Shown one piece after another: positions 19,430 through 27,687 of a DNA stretch of 64,000 bases. Every line of letters starts with the position of its first letter. Position 1 is the first letter of the stretch. The notes beneath the pieces are model-generated. The model did not search any database. It was not told the origin of the DNA and worked only from the letters and a program-made list of their open reading frames with translations. Source of the DNA: Candidatus Pacearchaeota archaeon (lineage in GTDB: Archaea > Nanobdellota > Nanobdellia > Pacearchaeales > GW2011-AR1); assembly GCA_017609405.1 (NCBI GenBank), contig JAFCDZ010000001.1, positions 24,880-88,879 on the forward strand, in the 5' to 3' direction. A program made the position numbers and the translations under genes.

Positions 19430-19840
19430 TTAAGCAAGATTAAATCTTCTATTAAGAATCCTTTCTTTTATTAGGGGGATATAAAACTCTGCTTCTAGAA
19501 AAAAGCCTTTTTGTGCTGCTTCAATCAAATCTGGAAGAGTATATCCTCTAACACCATCTTTATCTCTCCAATCTTCAGGATAAGAATAACCAAAAAATAC
19601 TGCTGTTCCAGTTCTAATTATATATTCTTCAAAATCAATCCCTCTAATTTTAAAAGGGATAATAAGCCGGATTATCCGCGAAAGATTCCCAGGATTAAAC
19701 TCAGAGCAAAAATAAGTTTTAGGAGGAAAAATTCTTCTACTATCATCTTCATGAAAAAAATACATTTGCACAAGAGGGTCTAATTGAATTAGAGGAGAAA
19801 CAAAAAGCTTGAATTTATCAAGAGTTACTAATTCCCTCAT
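19430..19840 (-). CDS. Hypothetical protein
   Basis: 136 aa, first gene of a three-gene minus-strand unit. No recognisable motif. Confidence 0.3.
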   Translation of the reverse strand: MRELVTLDKFKLFVSPLIQLDPLVQMYFFHEDDSRRIFPPKTYFCSEFNPGNLSRIIRLIIPFKIRGIDFEEYIIRTGTAVFFGYSYPEDWRDKDGVRGYTLPDLIEAAQKGFFLEAEFYIPLIKERILNRRFNLA

Positions 19841-19927
19841 GGAAAATTAAAAAAATAAATCTCTTAAAAAAATTGTTGTTCTAAAATAGATGAAAAATAT
19901 TATATACATTAAAAATATTATAAGAAA

Positions 19928-20791
19928 ATGAAAGCAGAAGAAATTGAAAAAAAAGTAAGAGATACTTTAAAAAAAATAGGAATAAGTAAAAAAGACAAAA
20001 TACTTATTGCACTTTCTGGAGGAAAAGATTCTGCTGTCACTGCTTTTTTGCTCAAAAAATTAGGATATAATATTGAAGGCTTTCATATTGATTTAGGCAT
20101 TGGAAAATATAGTGAAGAGTGTCTCAAAAAAACAGAAGAACTGTGCGAAAATTTGAAAATAAAACTTCACAAGCATATAGTAAAAGAAAAAAAAGGAGTA
20201 ACTATGTGCTATATCAGAGCTGCAATAAAATCTTTTCCAAAATACAAAAAACTAAATAATTGTGCAATATGTGGAGTGATAAAAAAAGATATTTTAAACA
20301 AAGAAGCAAGAAGATTAAAAGCAGAATATCTTGCAACTGGACACAATTTAGATGATGAACTCCAAACATTCTTAATTAATTTATTCAAGGGAAGTCTGAA
20401 ATTAAGTGCAAATTTAGGACCCATAACAAAAGGAAAAGAGAATAAAAAATTCATACCAAGAATAAAGCCATTATATTACATTCCAGAAAAAGAAGTGCTA
20501 AAGTATTCAAAAATAAAAAAACTCCCAGTTAATGAGAAAAAATGCCCTTGCGCCCAAAAATCATATAGGATAGAAACAAGAACTCTTCTTGAAAAATATA
20601 AACCAAAAGAAAAAATACAAATGCTTGAAAATTTTGTCAAATTTATGGAAAAACTCAATATTAAAAGAGACAAAATAAAATATTGTAAAATTTGTAGAGA
20701 GCCATCCCAAAGAGATATTTGCAAGAACTGCGAGCTCTTAGGAGTAATTAATCAAAAAGTAGATTCTAAAATATATAAAAAAACACAATAA
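19928..20791 (+). CDS. PP-loop ATPase, tRNA thiolation enzyme (NcsA/TtcA-like)
   Basis: PP-loop LSGGKDSAV plus CxxC pairs (CAICG; CKICREPSQRDICKNCE), as in Ncs6/TtcA-type tRNA 2-thiolases. 287 aa. Confidence 0.65.
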   Translation: MKAEEIEKKVRDTLKKIGISKKDKILIALSGGKDSAVTAFLLKKLGYNIEGFHIDLGIGKYSEECLKKTEELCENLKIKLHKHIVKEKKGVTMCYIRAAIKSFPKYKKLNNCAICGVIKKDILNKEARRLKAEYLATGHNLDDELQTFLINLFKGSLKLSANLGPITKGKENKKFIPRIKPLYYIPEKEVLKYSKIKKLPVNEKKCPCAQKSYRIETRTLLEKYKPKEKIQMLENFVKFMEKLNIKRDKIKYCKICREPSQRDICKNCELLGVINQKVDSKIYKKTQ

Positions 20792-21331
20792 AATATTTAT
20801 TCAAAAATAAAAAATTTAGTTTATGAAAAGAGAAAACACTGAGAGAATACTAAGAAGATATTTAGAAATAAGGGGGAGATAATTCCTGCAAATTTATTAG
20901 ATCTTAATTATATATTATCCCTTGCAGATTTTGCAGATAATGGAGAAATCTTTAAAGTTGGAGGGATGATAAGATATGCTATATCTGACCCATTAGACAT
21001 TTTTCCAAGAGTAACTAAACATCGAGGTTATGGCCTTGTAGCAAGATGCCTAACTTGCTTAGGATTTTTTATGAAGCTCTTGAATGGAAAAGAAGAATAC
21101 ATGCTGCACCCCCTCCAGAATATTACCTCAGAGTTGGGATAGCAGTTGCAAAAAACACAGGCTATCAAAGAATAAGTGAAAACTTTAGAAGATGGATAGA
21201 ATTTTTACAAGAAATGTTTCCAATGCAAAGAATAAGCACCCAAATCATTAGTGAGTAGTTATAAACATTTAAATAAAAGATTTCTTTTTAATAAACGAAA
21301 ACACAAATTACAAGATAAAAAAAGGGTAAGG

Positions 21332-21349
21332 CATACAAAATATTGTATG
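21332..21349 (+). promoter_or_regulatory. Putative NrdR box (7-4-7 inverted repeat) just upstream of nrdR
   Basis: catacaaaatattgtatg. The core CAAAATATTG matches the NrdR-box core CwAtATaTwG at 9 of 10 positions. It lies 12 nt upstream of the MKCPYC start codon. Confidence 0.4.
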
Positions 21350-21360
21350 TAAAAAAAGAA

Positions 21361-21798
21361 ATGAAATGCCCATATTGTTTAAATCCAACAACAAAAGTTA
21401 CAGATAAAAGAGATACTCTTGAAGGAATAAGGAGAAGGAGAGAGTGTCTAAAATGCGGAAAAAGATTCACAACTTACGAAAGAATAGAAAAAACAAAAAT
21501 ATATGTCATAAAAAAAGATGGTAGGAGAGAAGAATTTGATATTAATAAAATCAGAACAGGAATTGAAAAAGCATTTGAAAAAAGACCTATATCAACAGAG
21601 GAAATTGATAAAATGATAAGAACAATTGAAGAAACAATAAGAAAAAAAGGAAAAAAAGAGATTCCAACCTCTTTTATTGGAAAATTAATATTAAATAAAA
21701 TAAAGAATTTAGACCCTGTTGCATATATAAGATTTGCATCAGTCTACATGGACTTTAAAGATATTAAAGATTTCAAAATAGCATTAAGGAGTATTTAA
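21361..21798 (+). CDS. nrdR: Transcriptional repressor NrdR (zinc ribbon + ATP-cone)
   Basis: MKCPYC...TKVTDKR...RRRECLKCGKRFTTYE zinc ribbon followed by an ATP-cone. The ORF track starts earlier, at a TTG (21343). Confidence 0.85.
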   Translation: MKCPYCLNPTTKVTDKRDTLEGIRRRRECLKCGKRFTTYERIEKTKIYVIKKDGRREEFDINKIRTGIEKAFEKRPISTEEIDKMIRTIEETIRKKGKKEIPTSFIGKLILNKIKNLDPVAYIRFASVYMDFKDIKDFKIALRSI

Positions 21799-21799
21799 A

Positions 21800-24781
21800 A
21801 TGATAGAAAAAATAAGAAAAAGAGATGGAAGAATTGTAGCCTTTAATAAGGAGAAAATATTCAACGCAATATGGAAAGCAGTAAAAGCTGTTGGTGGAAG
21901 TGATGAAAAAAAAGCAAGAGAGATAACTGATAAAATCTGCGAGATAATAAACAGCAGATACAAAGATTCTGTTCCAGGAGTAGAAGATATTCAAGACATT
22001 GTTGAAAAAACTCTTATTGAAGAGGGTCATGCAAAAGTCGCGAAAGCATATATTTTATACAGAAAGAAAAGAGAAGAAATGCGCAAATTAGAAGGATTAT
22101 TCAATTCAATTGAAGTTGTGGATAAATATCTTAATACTGAAGATTGGATGGTTAAAGAAAATTCAAATATGGGTTTTTCACTACAAGGATTAAACAATTA
22201 TATCTCAACAAAGATAATCACAAAATACTGGCTTCTAAAAATTTATCCAGAAGAAATACAAAAAGCACATGAAAACTGTGACATCCATATTCATGATTTA
22301 GGAACTCTTGGAGCATATTGTGTTGGCTGGGACTTAAAAGACCTCCTATTAAAAGGTTTTAGAGGCGTTCCTGGAAAAGTTGCATCAAAACCTGCAAAAC
22401 ATTTTAGAACAGCCCTTGGACAAATAGTAAATTTCTTTTACACTCTACAAGGAGAAACAGCAGGAGCCCAGGCATTTTCAAATTTTGATACTTTGCTCGC
22501 CCCTTTTATAAGATATGATAACTTAAGTTATAAAGAAGTAAAACAAGCAATGCAAGAATTCTTATTCAACCTTGCTGTTCCTACAAGAGTAGGGTTTCAA
22601 TGTATGTCAGAAGATACAGAAATATTAACTCCAAAAGGATGGGCAAAGTATAATGAACTTAAAAAAGGAGACATAATAAAAACATTTAACATTAAAAAAG
22701 GAATAATTGAAGATAAACCAATAAGAAGATTATTCAAAAGATATTATGAAGGAACTATGTATAATTTAAAAAATAGGATTCAAGACCAATTAATTTCGCC
22801 AAAACATAGGGTGGTTAGAAAAAAATTCAATTCAGAAGATTATGTTTTAGAGGAAATAGAAGAAGTTGAAAAGCTAAAATCACCAGTAATAGTCCCTATT
22901 GCAGGAAAGAACATCTCAAAAGATGCGAATATAAGTGATGAGCAAATAAAATTAATGGCTTGGATTATAGGTGAAGGGAGTATTGAACGAAGCAAAAAAG
23001 GAACCCAAAGAATAAGCATCTATCAATCAAAAATTAAAAATAAAAATAATTATTTGGAAATAAAAAAACTCCTAAAACATTTTAAATTAGAATTTGAAGA
23101 ATATACTCAAAAAGGATTAGGAAAACCAGTTCAAAGAATAAGATTAAATTCAAATTCTTCAAAAAGAATCCATAAATGGTTTTCAGATGAGAATATCCAT
23201 TTTATTCCTGACATCCTTCTAAATTTAAGCAAAAGGCAATCGAGATTATTCTTAGAGACATATATTAAAGCAGAAGGATTTGAAAAAAGCAAAATAGCAA
23301 CAACAAATAAAAGAATACTTGAAGGGCTTCAACAAATTGTAGTTAATGCTGAATATGGATTTACTGTTCTAAAAAGAAAACCAACAATCGGAACAAAAGA
23401 AATTTATGTTTTAAGAATAATTAGACACAGAGACACATATATTCAAAAAATCAAAAAAGTAAAGTATAAAGGAATTATCTGGTGTCCGAATACAGATAAC
23501 GAAACAGTAATTGCAAAAAGAAATGGAAAAGTTTTCATAACAGGGAATACACCTTTTACAAACCTCACAATGGATCTAAAGGTTCCTGAGTATATGAAAG
23601 AAGAATATGTAATAATTGGAGGAGAACCAAAACAAGAAAAATACAAAGAGTTCCAAAAAGAGATGAACATGATAAATAAAGCTTTTGCAGAATGCATGAT
23701 TGAAGGAGATGGTGAAGGAAGGGTATTCACTTTCCCAATTCCCACATATAATATAACAAAAGACTTTGATTGGGACAATCCAGAGTATGAACCTATATGG
23801 GAAATGACTGCAAAATATGGAATTCCTTATTTTTCAAATTTTATAAATTCAGATATGAAACCTGAAGATGCAAGAAGTATGTGTTGTAGACTTCGTCTTG
23901 ACCAAGCAGAACTAAGAAAAAGGGGTGGAGGATTATTTGGAGCAAATCCTCAAACAGGCTCAATAGGAGTGGTAACGATAAATCTTCCAAGATTAGGTTA
24001 TACATCCAATGAAGAAGGGGAATTTTTCAAGAAATTAGAAAGACTTATGGAAATAGCAAAAGAAAGTTTAGAAATAAAAAGAAAAGTGATTGAAAGATTC
24101 ACAAAAATAGGGCTATATCCTTATTCAAGATATTATTTATCAAATATTTATCAAAGATTCGGAGAATATTGGAAAAATCATTTCTCAACAATAGGGCTTC
24201 TCGGGATGAACGAAGCAATAATGAACTTTTTGCCAGGAGAGGACATAACAACTGAAAAAGGAAGGGCTTTTGCATTAAAAGTTTTAAAATTCATGAGAGA
24301 AAAATTAGAAAAATTCCAAAAAGAAACTGGAAATATATATAATTTAGAAGCAACCCCTGCTGAAGGAACAACATATAGATTTGCGAAAGCAGACAAAGAA
24401 AAATTCCCAAATATAATCGTGGCTAATGAAAAAGCTGTTAGAGAACAAGGAGCAGCACCATATTACACTAACTCAACACAACTTCCAGTAAATTATACTA
24501 ATGACATCTTCGAAGCATTAGATTTGCAAGATGAACTCCAAATACAATATACTGGAGGAACTGTTTTTCATGGATTTATCGGAGAGAAGATACCTCCAGA
24601 ATCAGTAAAGTTAATTGTTAAGAAAATAGCTGAAAATTACAGGCTCCCATATTTTACAATAACCCCAACATTTTCAATATGCCCAATTCACGGATATATT
24701 CCTGGTGAACATGAATACTGCCCAATTTGTGACGAAGAAAATGGAATATTCGAAGAAAAGATAATCCAAAAGGAGGTGTGA
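21800..24781 (+). CDS. nrdD: Anaerobic ribonucleoside-triphosphate reductase (class III, NrdD) catalytic chain, containing an intein; lacks the glycyl-radical segment
   Basis: N-terminal ATP-cone. C-terminal zinc site ICPIHG...CPIC. Context nrdR-nrdD-nrdG. 993 aa, including a ~316-aa intein. Confidence 0.85.
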   Translation: MIEKIRKRDGRIVAFNKEKIFNAIWKAVKAVGGSDEKKAREITDKICEIINSRYKDSVPGVEDIQDIVEKTLIEEGHAKVAKAYILYRKKREEMRKLEGLFNSIEVVDKYLNTEDWMVKENSNMGFSLQGLNNYISTKIITKYWLLKIYPEEIQKAHENCDIHIHDLGTLGAYCVGWDLKDLLLKGFRGVPGKVASKPAKHFRTALGQIVNFFYTLQGETAGAQAFSNFDTLLAPFIRYDNLSYKEVKQAMQEFLFNLAVPTRVGFQCMSEDTEILTPKGWAKYNELKKGDIIKTFNIKKGIIEDKPIRRLFKRYYEGTMYNLKNRIQDQLISPKHRVVRKKFNSEDYVLEEIEEVEKLKSPVIVPIAGKNISKDANISDEQIKLMAWIIGEGSIERSKKGTQRISIYQSKIKNKNNYLEIKKLLKHFKLEFEEYTQKGLGKPVQRIRLNSNSSKRIHKWFSDENIHFIPDILLNLSKRQSRLFLETYIKAEGFEKSKIATTNKRILEGLQQIVVNAEYGFTVLKRKPTIGTKEIYVLRIIRHRDTYIQKIKKVKYKGIIWCPNTDNETVIAKRNGKVFITGNTPFTNLTMDLKVPEYMKEEYVIIGGEPKQEKYKEFQKEMNMINKAFAECMIEGDGEGRVFTFPIPTYNITKDFDWDNPEYEPIWEMTAKYGIPYFSNFINSDMKPEDARSMCCRLRLDQAELRKRGGGLFGANPQTGSIGVVTINLPRLGYTSNEEGEFFKKLERLMEIAKESLEIKRKVIERFTKIGLYPYSRYYLSNIYQRFGEYWKNHFSTIGLLGMNEAIMNFLPGEDITTEKGRAFALKVLKFMREKLEKFQKETGNIYNLEATPAEGTTYRFAKADKEKFPNIIVANEKAVREQGAAPYYTNSTQLPVNYTNDIFEALDLQDELQIQYTGGTVFHGFIGEKIPPESVKLIVKKIAENYRLPYFTITPTFSICPIHGYIPGEHEYCPICDEENGIFEEKIIQKEV
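22601..23548 (+). mobile_element. Intein with a LAGLIDADG homing-endonuclease domain, inserted in NrdD
   Basis: Begins with Cys (CMSEDTEILTPKGW, intein block A). Two LAGLIDADG-like motifs (LMAWIIGEGS; LFLETYIKAEGF). Ends ...VFITGN followed by Thr (+1 nucleophile). Flanked by conserved NrdD extein sequence. Confidence 0.8.
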
Positions 24782-24782
24782 A

Positions 24783-24950
24783 ATGGAAAAAAAGAGAACA
24801 AAGTGTGAGGTTTATTCAAGAGTTGTAGGATATCTACGACCTATTGAACAATGGAATGATGGAAAAAGGGCAGAATTCGAAGACAGGGTAACTTTTAAGG
24901 TTATAAAAAATGAACAAGCAATTGAAGCAGCTGAAATAGAATGCAAATAA
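24783..24950 (+). CDS. Separately encoded glycyl-radical domain (55 aa) of NrdD
   Basis: MEKKRTKCEVYSRVVGYLRPIEQWNDGKRAEFEDRVTF carries the NrdD/PFL-type glycyl-radical loop (RVVGY). Strong SD AAGGAGGTG 5 nt upstream. Frame +1 relative to nrdD, 1 nt after its stop. Last 10 nt overlap nrdG. Confidence 0.6.
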   Translation: MEKKRTKCEVYSRVVGYLRPIEQWNDGKRAEFEDRVTFKVIKNEQAIEAAEIECK

Positions 24951-25645
24951 AAGGATTTCAGAAATTTACATTAATAGATTACCCTGGAAAAATAGCTTGC
25001 ACTATTTTTTTATATGGTTGCAATTTCAGATGCGGATTCTGTCATAATCCTGAATTAGTGATAGAAAATGACAAAACAGGAAGCTTTGATAAAGAAGAAA
25101 TATTAAACTTTTTAAAAAGAAGAAAGGCTCAATTAGAAGGGGTGTGTTTTACTGGCGGGGAGCCCTTAATGACTCTTGAAAAAAATTTTCTAAAAAAGAT
25201 AAAAGAACTTGGCTACAAGATAAAAATAGATACAAACGGAAGTTTTCCTGAAAAACTTGAAGAATTTATAAACGAAAAGTTAATTGATTTTGTTTCAATG
25301 GATATAAAAACTAAAAGAGAAAAATATCCAGAGATAGTAAGAGCGAATATTGAAATTGAAAAAATAGAAAAAAGCATAAAATTAATCCCCTCCTTACAAG
25401 ATTATGAATTCAGAACAACTATAGTAACCCCTTTACATCCTATTGAAGATATAATAGAGCTTGCTAAGTGGTTAAATAACTTGGTTGGAAAAAAACCAAA
25501 AAAATATGTTTTGCAAGGTTTTAAAAGAGCAGAAAAATTAATTGATCCAGAATTCAGAAAAATAAAAAGCACAAAAGAAGAATATTTAAAAGAGATAAGA
25601 GAAAAAATAAAAGATTATTTTGAAAAAACAGAGATAAGGGTGTAA
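24941..25645 (+). CDS. nrdG: Anaerobic ribonucleotide reductase activating protein (radical SAM)
   Basis: CNFRCGFCHNPE (CxxxCxxC) near the N-terminus. 234 aa. Immediately downstream of nrdD. Confidence 0.85.
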   Translation: MQIKGFQKFTLIDYPGKIACTIFLYGCNFRCGFCHNPELVIENDKTGSFDKEEILNFLKRRKAQLEGVCFTGGEPLMTLEKNFLKKIKELGYKIKIDTNGSFPEKLEEFINEKLIDFVSMDIKTKREKYPEIVRANIEIEKIEKSIKLIPSLQDYEFRTTIVTPLHPIEDIIELAKWLNNLVGKKPKKYVLQGFKRAEKLIDPEFRKIKSTKEEYLKEIREKIKDYFEKTEIRV

Positions 25646-25646
25646 A

Positions 25647-26072
25647 ATGATATTGAAATTCAAAAAACTTGATAAAGAAGCAAAAATAGGAAGTTATGCA
25701 TATAAAGGAGATGCAGGACTTGACTTGTTTTCAAACCAAGAAGTAATATTAAAACCCTTTGAAAGAAAAACAATTTCAACAGGAATTGCACTTGAAATAC
25801 CTAAAGGATATGTTGGATTAATTTGGGACAAATCAGGAATTGCATCAAAAATTGGATTAAAAACAATGGGTGGTGTGATTGATTCAAATTATCGAGGAGA
25901 AATAAAAATTGTAGTATTCAACACATCAAAAGAAGAAGTAAAAATTGAAAAAGGCCAAAAAATAGCTCAAATGCTGATACAAAAAGTGGAACAGGCTAAA
26001 ATACTTGAAGTAGAAGAATTGAGTGAAACTGAGAGGAATGAAAAAGGGTTTGGAAGTTCTGGAATAAAATAA
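25647..26072 (+). CDS. dut: dUTP diphosphatase (homotrimeric dUTPase)
   Basis: All five dUTPase motifs: DAGLDL, DKSGIASKIGL, GVIDSNYRGEI, KIAQML, RNEKGFGSSG. 141 aa. Confidence 0.85.
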   Translation: MILKFKKLDKEAKIGSYAYKGDAGLDLFSNQEVILKPFERKTISTGIALEIPKGYVGLIWDKSGIASKIGLKTMGGVIDSNYRGEIKIVVFNTSKEEVKIEKGQKIAQMLIQKVEQAKILEVEELSETERNEKGFGSSGIK

Positions 26073-26095
26073 TTCTCCAAAACAATTAAAAAGAA

Positions 26096-27418
26096 TTGAA
26101 GGTAAATATAAACATGCCTTATGACATTATTATTGGAAGAAATGAGGATGATAAAAAGAGGTTTGGAAAAAAGGGCTTAATCTATATTGGAAAAAGTTAT
26201 GTAAAAATGGGCAGATATACCTCTTTATCAAATAATGTATTCATGGATGTAGCAAGAAGTCATGTTGTATTAATTGCTGGAAAAAGAGGAAGTGGAAAAT
26301 CATACAGTTTAGGGGTAATTGCAGAAGAGCTAAGCACACTTTCAGGAGAAGAAAAACAAAATATAAGTGCAGTTATATTTGACACAATGGGAATTTATTG
26401 GACAATGAAATTTCAGAATGAAAAAGATAAAGAATTATTAAGCAAATGGGAATTAGAACCCCAAAACATCCCAATAAGAATTTTTGTCCCTTTTGGGCAT
26501 TTTGATAAATATCTTGAAAAAGGAATCCCTATTGATGAAAAATTTGCAATAGATGTTTCAGAGATAAAAGCTGAGGACTGGATAAATTTATTTGAACTAG
26601 AACTAATTGACCCTGTTTCTATTTTAATACAAAAAACACTCTCAAAGTTAGGAAAAAAATTTTTTATCCGAGACATAATTGAAGAAATAGAAAAAGATAA
26701 AGAATCAGATAAGAATACAAAAAACGCTGCAAAAAGCCTTTTCTTAGCAGCAGAAACTTGGGGGATTTTTGCAACACCTGAACAAAAACCAATAAGCATT
26801 GATGAAATAAGTTCTGGAGGAAAAACAAATGTAATTGATTTAAGTGTGTATAATTCAATTGGAAGTTTCAACATAAGGGCATTAGTAATTAGTCTGGTTT
26901 CAAGAAAACTCTTCAATGAAAGGATGGAATACAGAAAAAAAGAGGAAATTGAAGCAGTATCAAAAGGATTAGACTATTTTAATAATGAAATAACAAGAGA
27001 AAAACCTCTTGTTTGGATTTTTATAGATGAAGCTCATGAGTTCTTGCCAAACGACGGCAAAACAATTGCAACAGATGCTTTAATTCAATTACTAAGAGAA
27101 GGCAGACAACCAGGAGTTTCTGTTGTTCTTGCGACTCAACAACCTGGAAAAATCCATACCGATGTAATGACTCAATCAGATATTGTTATCTCCCACAGAG
27201 TAACTTCTGCTCAAGACCTAAAAGCACTGAATAACATAATGCAATCATATATCTTAGAAGACATACAAACCCAGATGAATAATCTTCCAACACTAAAAGG
27301 TTCTGCAATAATCTTAGATGATAATTCAGAAAGAATTTATTCAATGAGAATCAGGCCAAGATTTACATGGCATGGAGGAGAAGCTCCAACTGCAGTTAAA
27401 GAAGAAAAGGAGTTTTAA
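26096..27418 (+). CDS. HerA/FtsK-like P-loop ATPase (DUF87-type)
   Basis: Walker A GKRGSGKS, Walker B-like IFIDEAHEF, C-terminal ATQQPGKIHTDVMTQSDIVISHRVTSAQD, typical of HerA/VirB4-like ATPases. 440 aa. Confidence 0.6.
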   Translation: MKVNINMPYDIIIGRNEDDKKRFGKKGLIYIGKSYVKMGRYTSLSNNVFMDVARSHVVLIAGKRGSGKSYSLGVIAEELSTLSGEEKQNISAVIFDTMGIYWTMKFQNEKDKELLSKWELEPQNIPIRIFVPFGHFDKYLEKGIPIDEKFAIDVSEIKAEDWINLFELELIDPVSILIQKTLSKLGKKFFIRDIIEEIEKDKESDKNTKNAAKSLFLAAETWGIFATPEQKPISIDEISSGGKTNVIDLSVYNSIGSFNIRALVISLVSRKLFNERMEYRKKEEIEAVSKGLDYFNNEITREKPLVWIFIDEAHEFLPNDGKTIATDALIQLLREGRQPGVSVVLATQQPGKIHTDVMTQSDIVISHRVTSAQDLKALNNIMQSYILEDIQTQMNNLPTLKGSAIILDDNSERIYSMRIRPRFTWHGGEAPTAVKEEKEF

Positions 27419-27447
27419 TTTTTCTCCGACATGCCTGGCATGGTGAG

Positions 27448-27619
27448 CAATGTTCACGTTAAGAAAATTTCTTTCTAAATAAAAAAGAATTATATTAATA
27501 AGAAGAAATTTTTAGTGAGCTTGCGAATTGGAGCAATGTTCACGTTAAGAAAATTTCTTTCTAAATAAAAAAGAATTATATTAATAAGAAGAAATTTTTA
27601 GTGAGCTTGCGAATTGGAG
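27448..27619. repeat. Two tandem copies of an 86-bp unit, flanked by a duplicated copy of the 3' terminus of the upstream ATPase gene
   Basis: Unit caatgttcacgttaagaaaatttctttctaaataaaaaagaattatattaataagaagaaatttttagtgagcttgcgaattggag at 27448-27533 and 27534-27619. Then 27616-27650 repeats 27377-27411 (ggagaagctccaactgcagttaaagaagaaaagga), the last codons of the 26096-27418 gene. Confidence 0.85.
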
Positions 27620-27687
27620 AAGCTCCAACTGCAGTTAAAGAAGAAAAGGAACTTTGAGAAATTTAGTTAATTAGAGCTGAGCCATAA

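Noticed and set aside
21046-21258. ORF-track 70-aa frame as a real gene
   Set aside because: It overlaps another short frame, its composition is unlike the genome, and it has no start context. More likely a remnant or non-coding.
27420-27660. Possible CRISPR array
   Set aside because: There are only two long (86-bp) contiguous units, no unique spacers between short repeats, and no cas genes. It is a tandem duplication.
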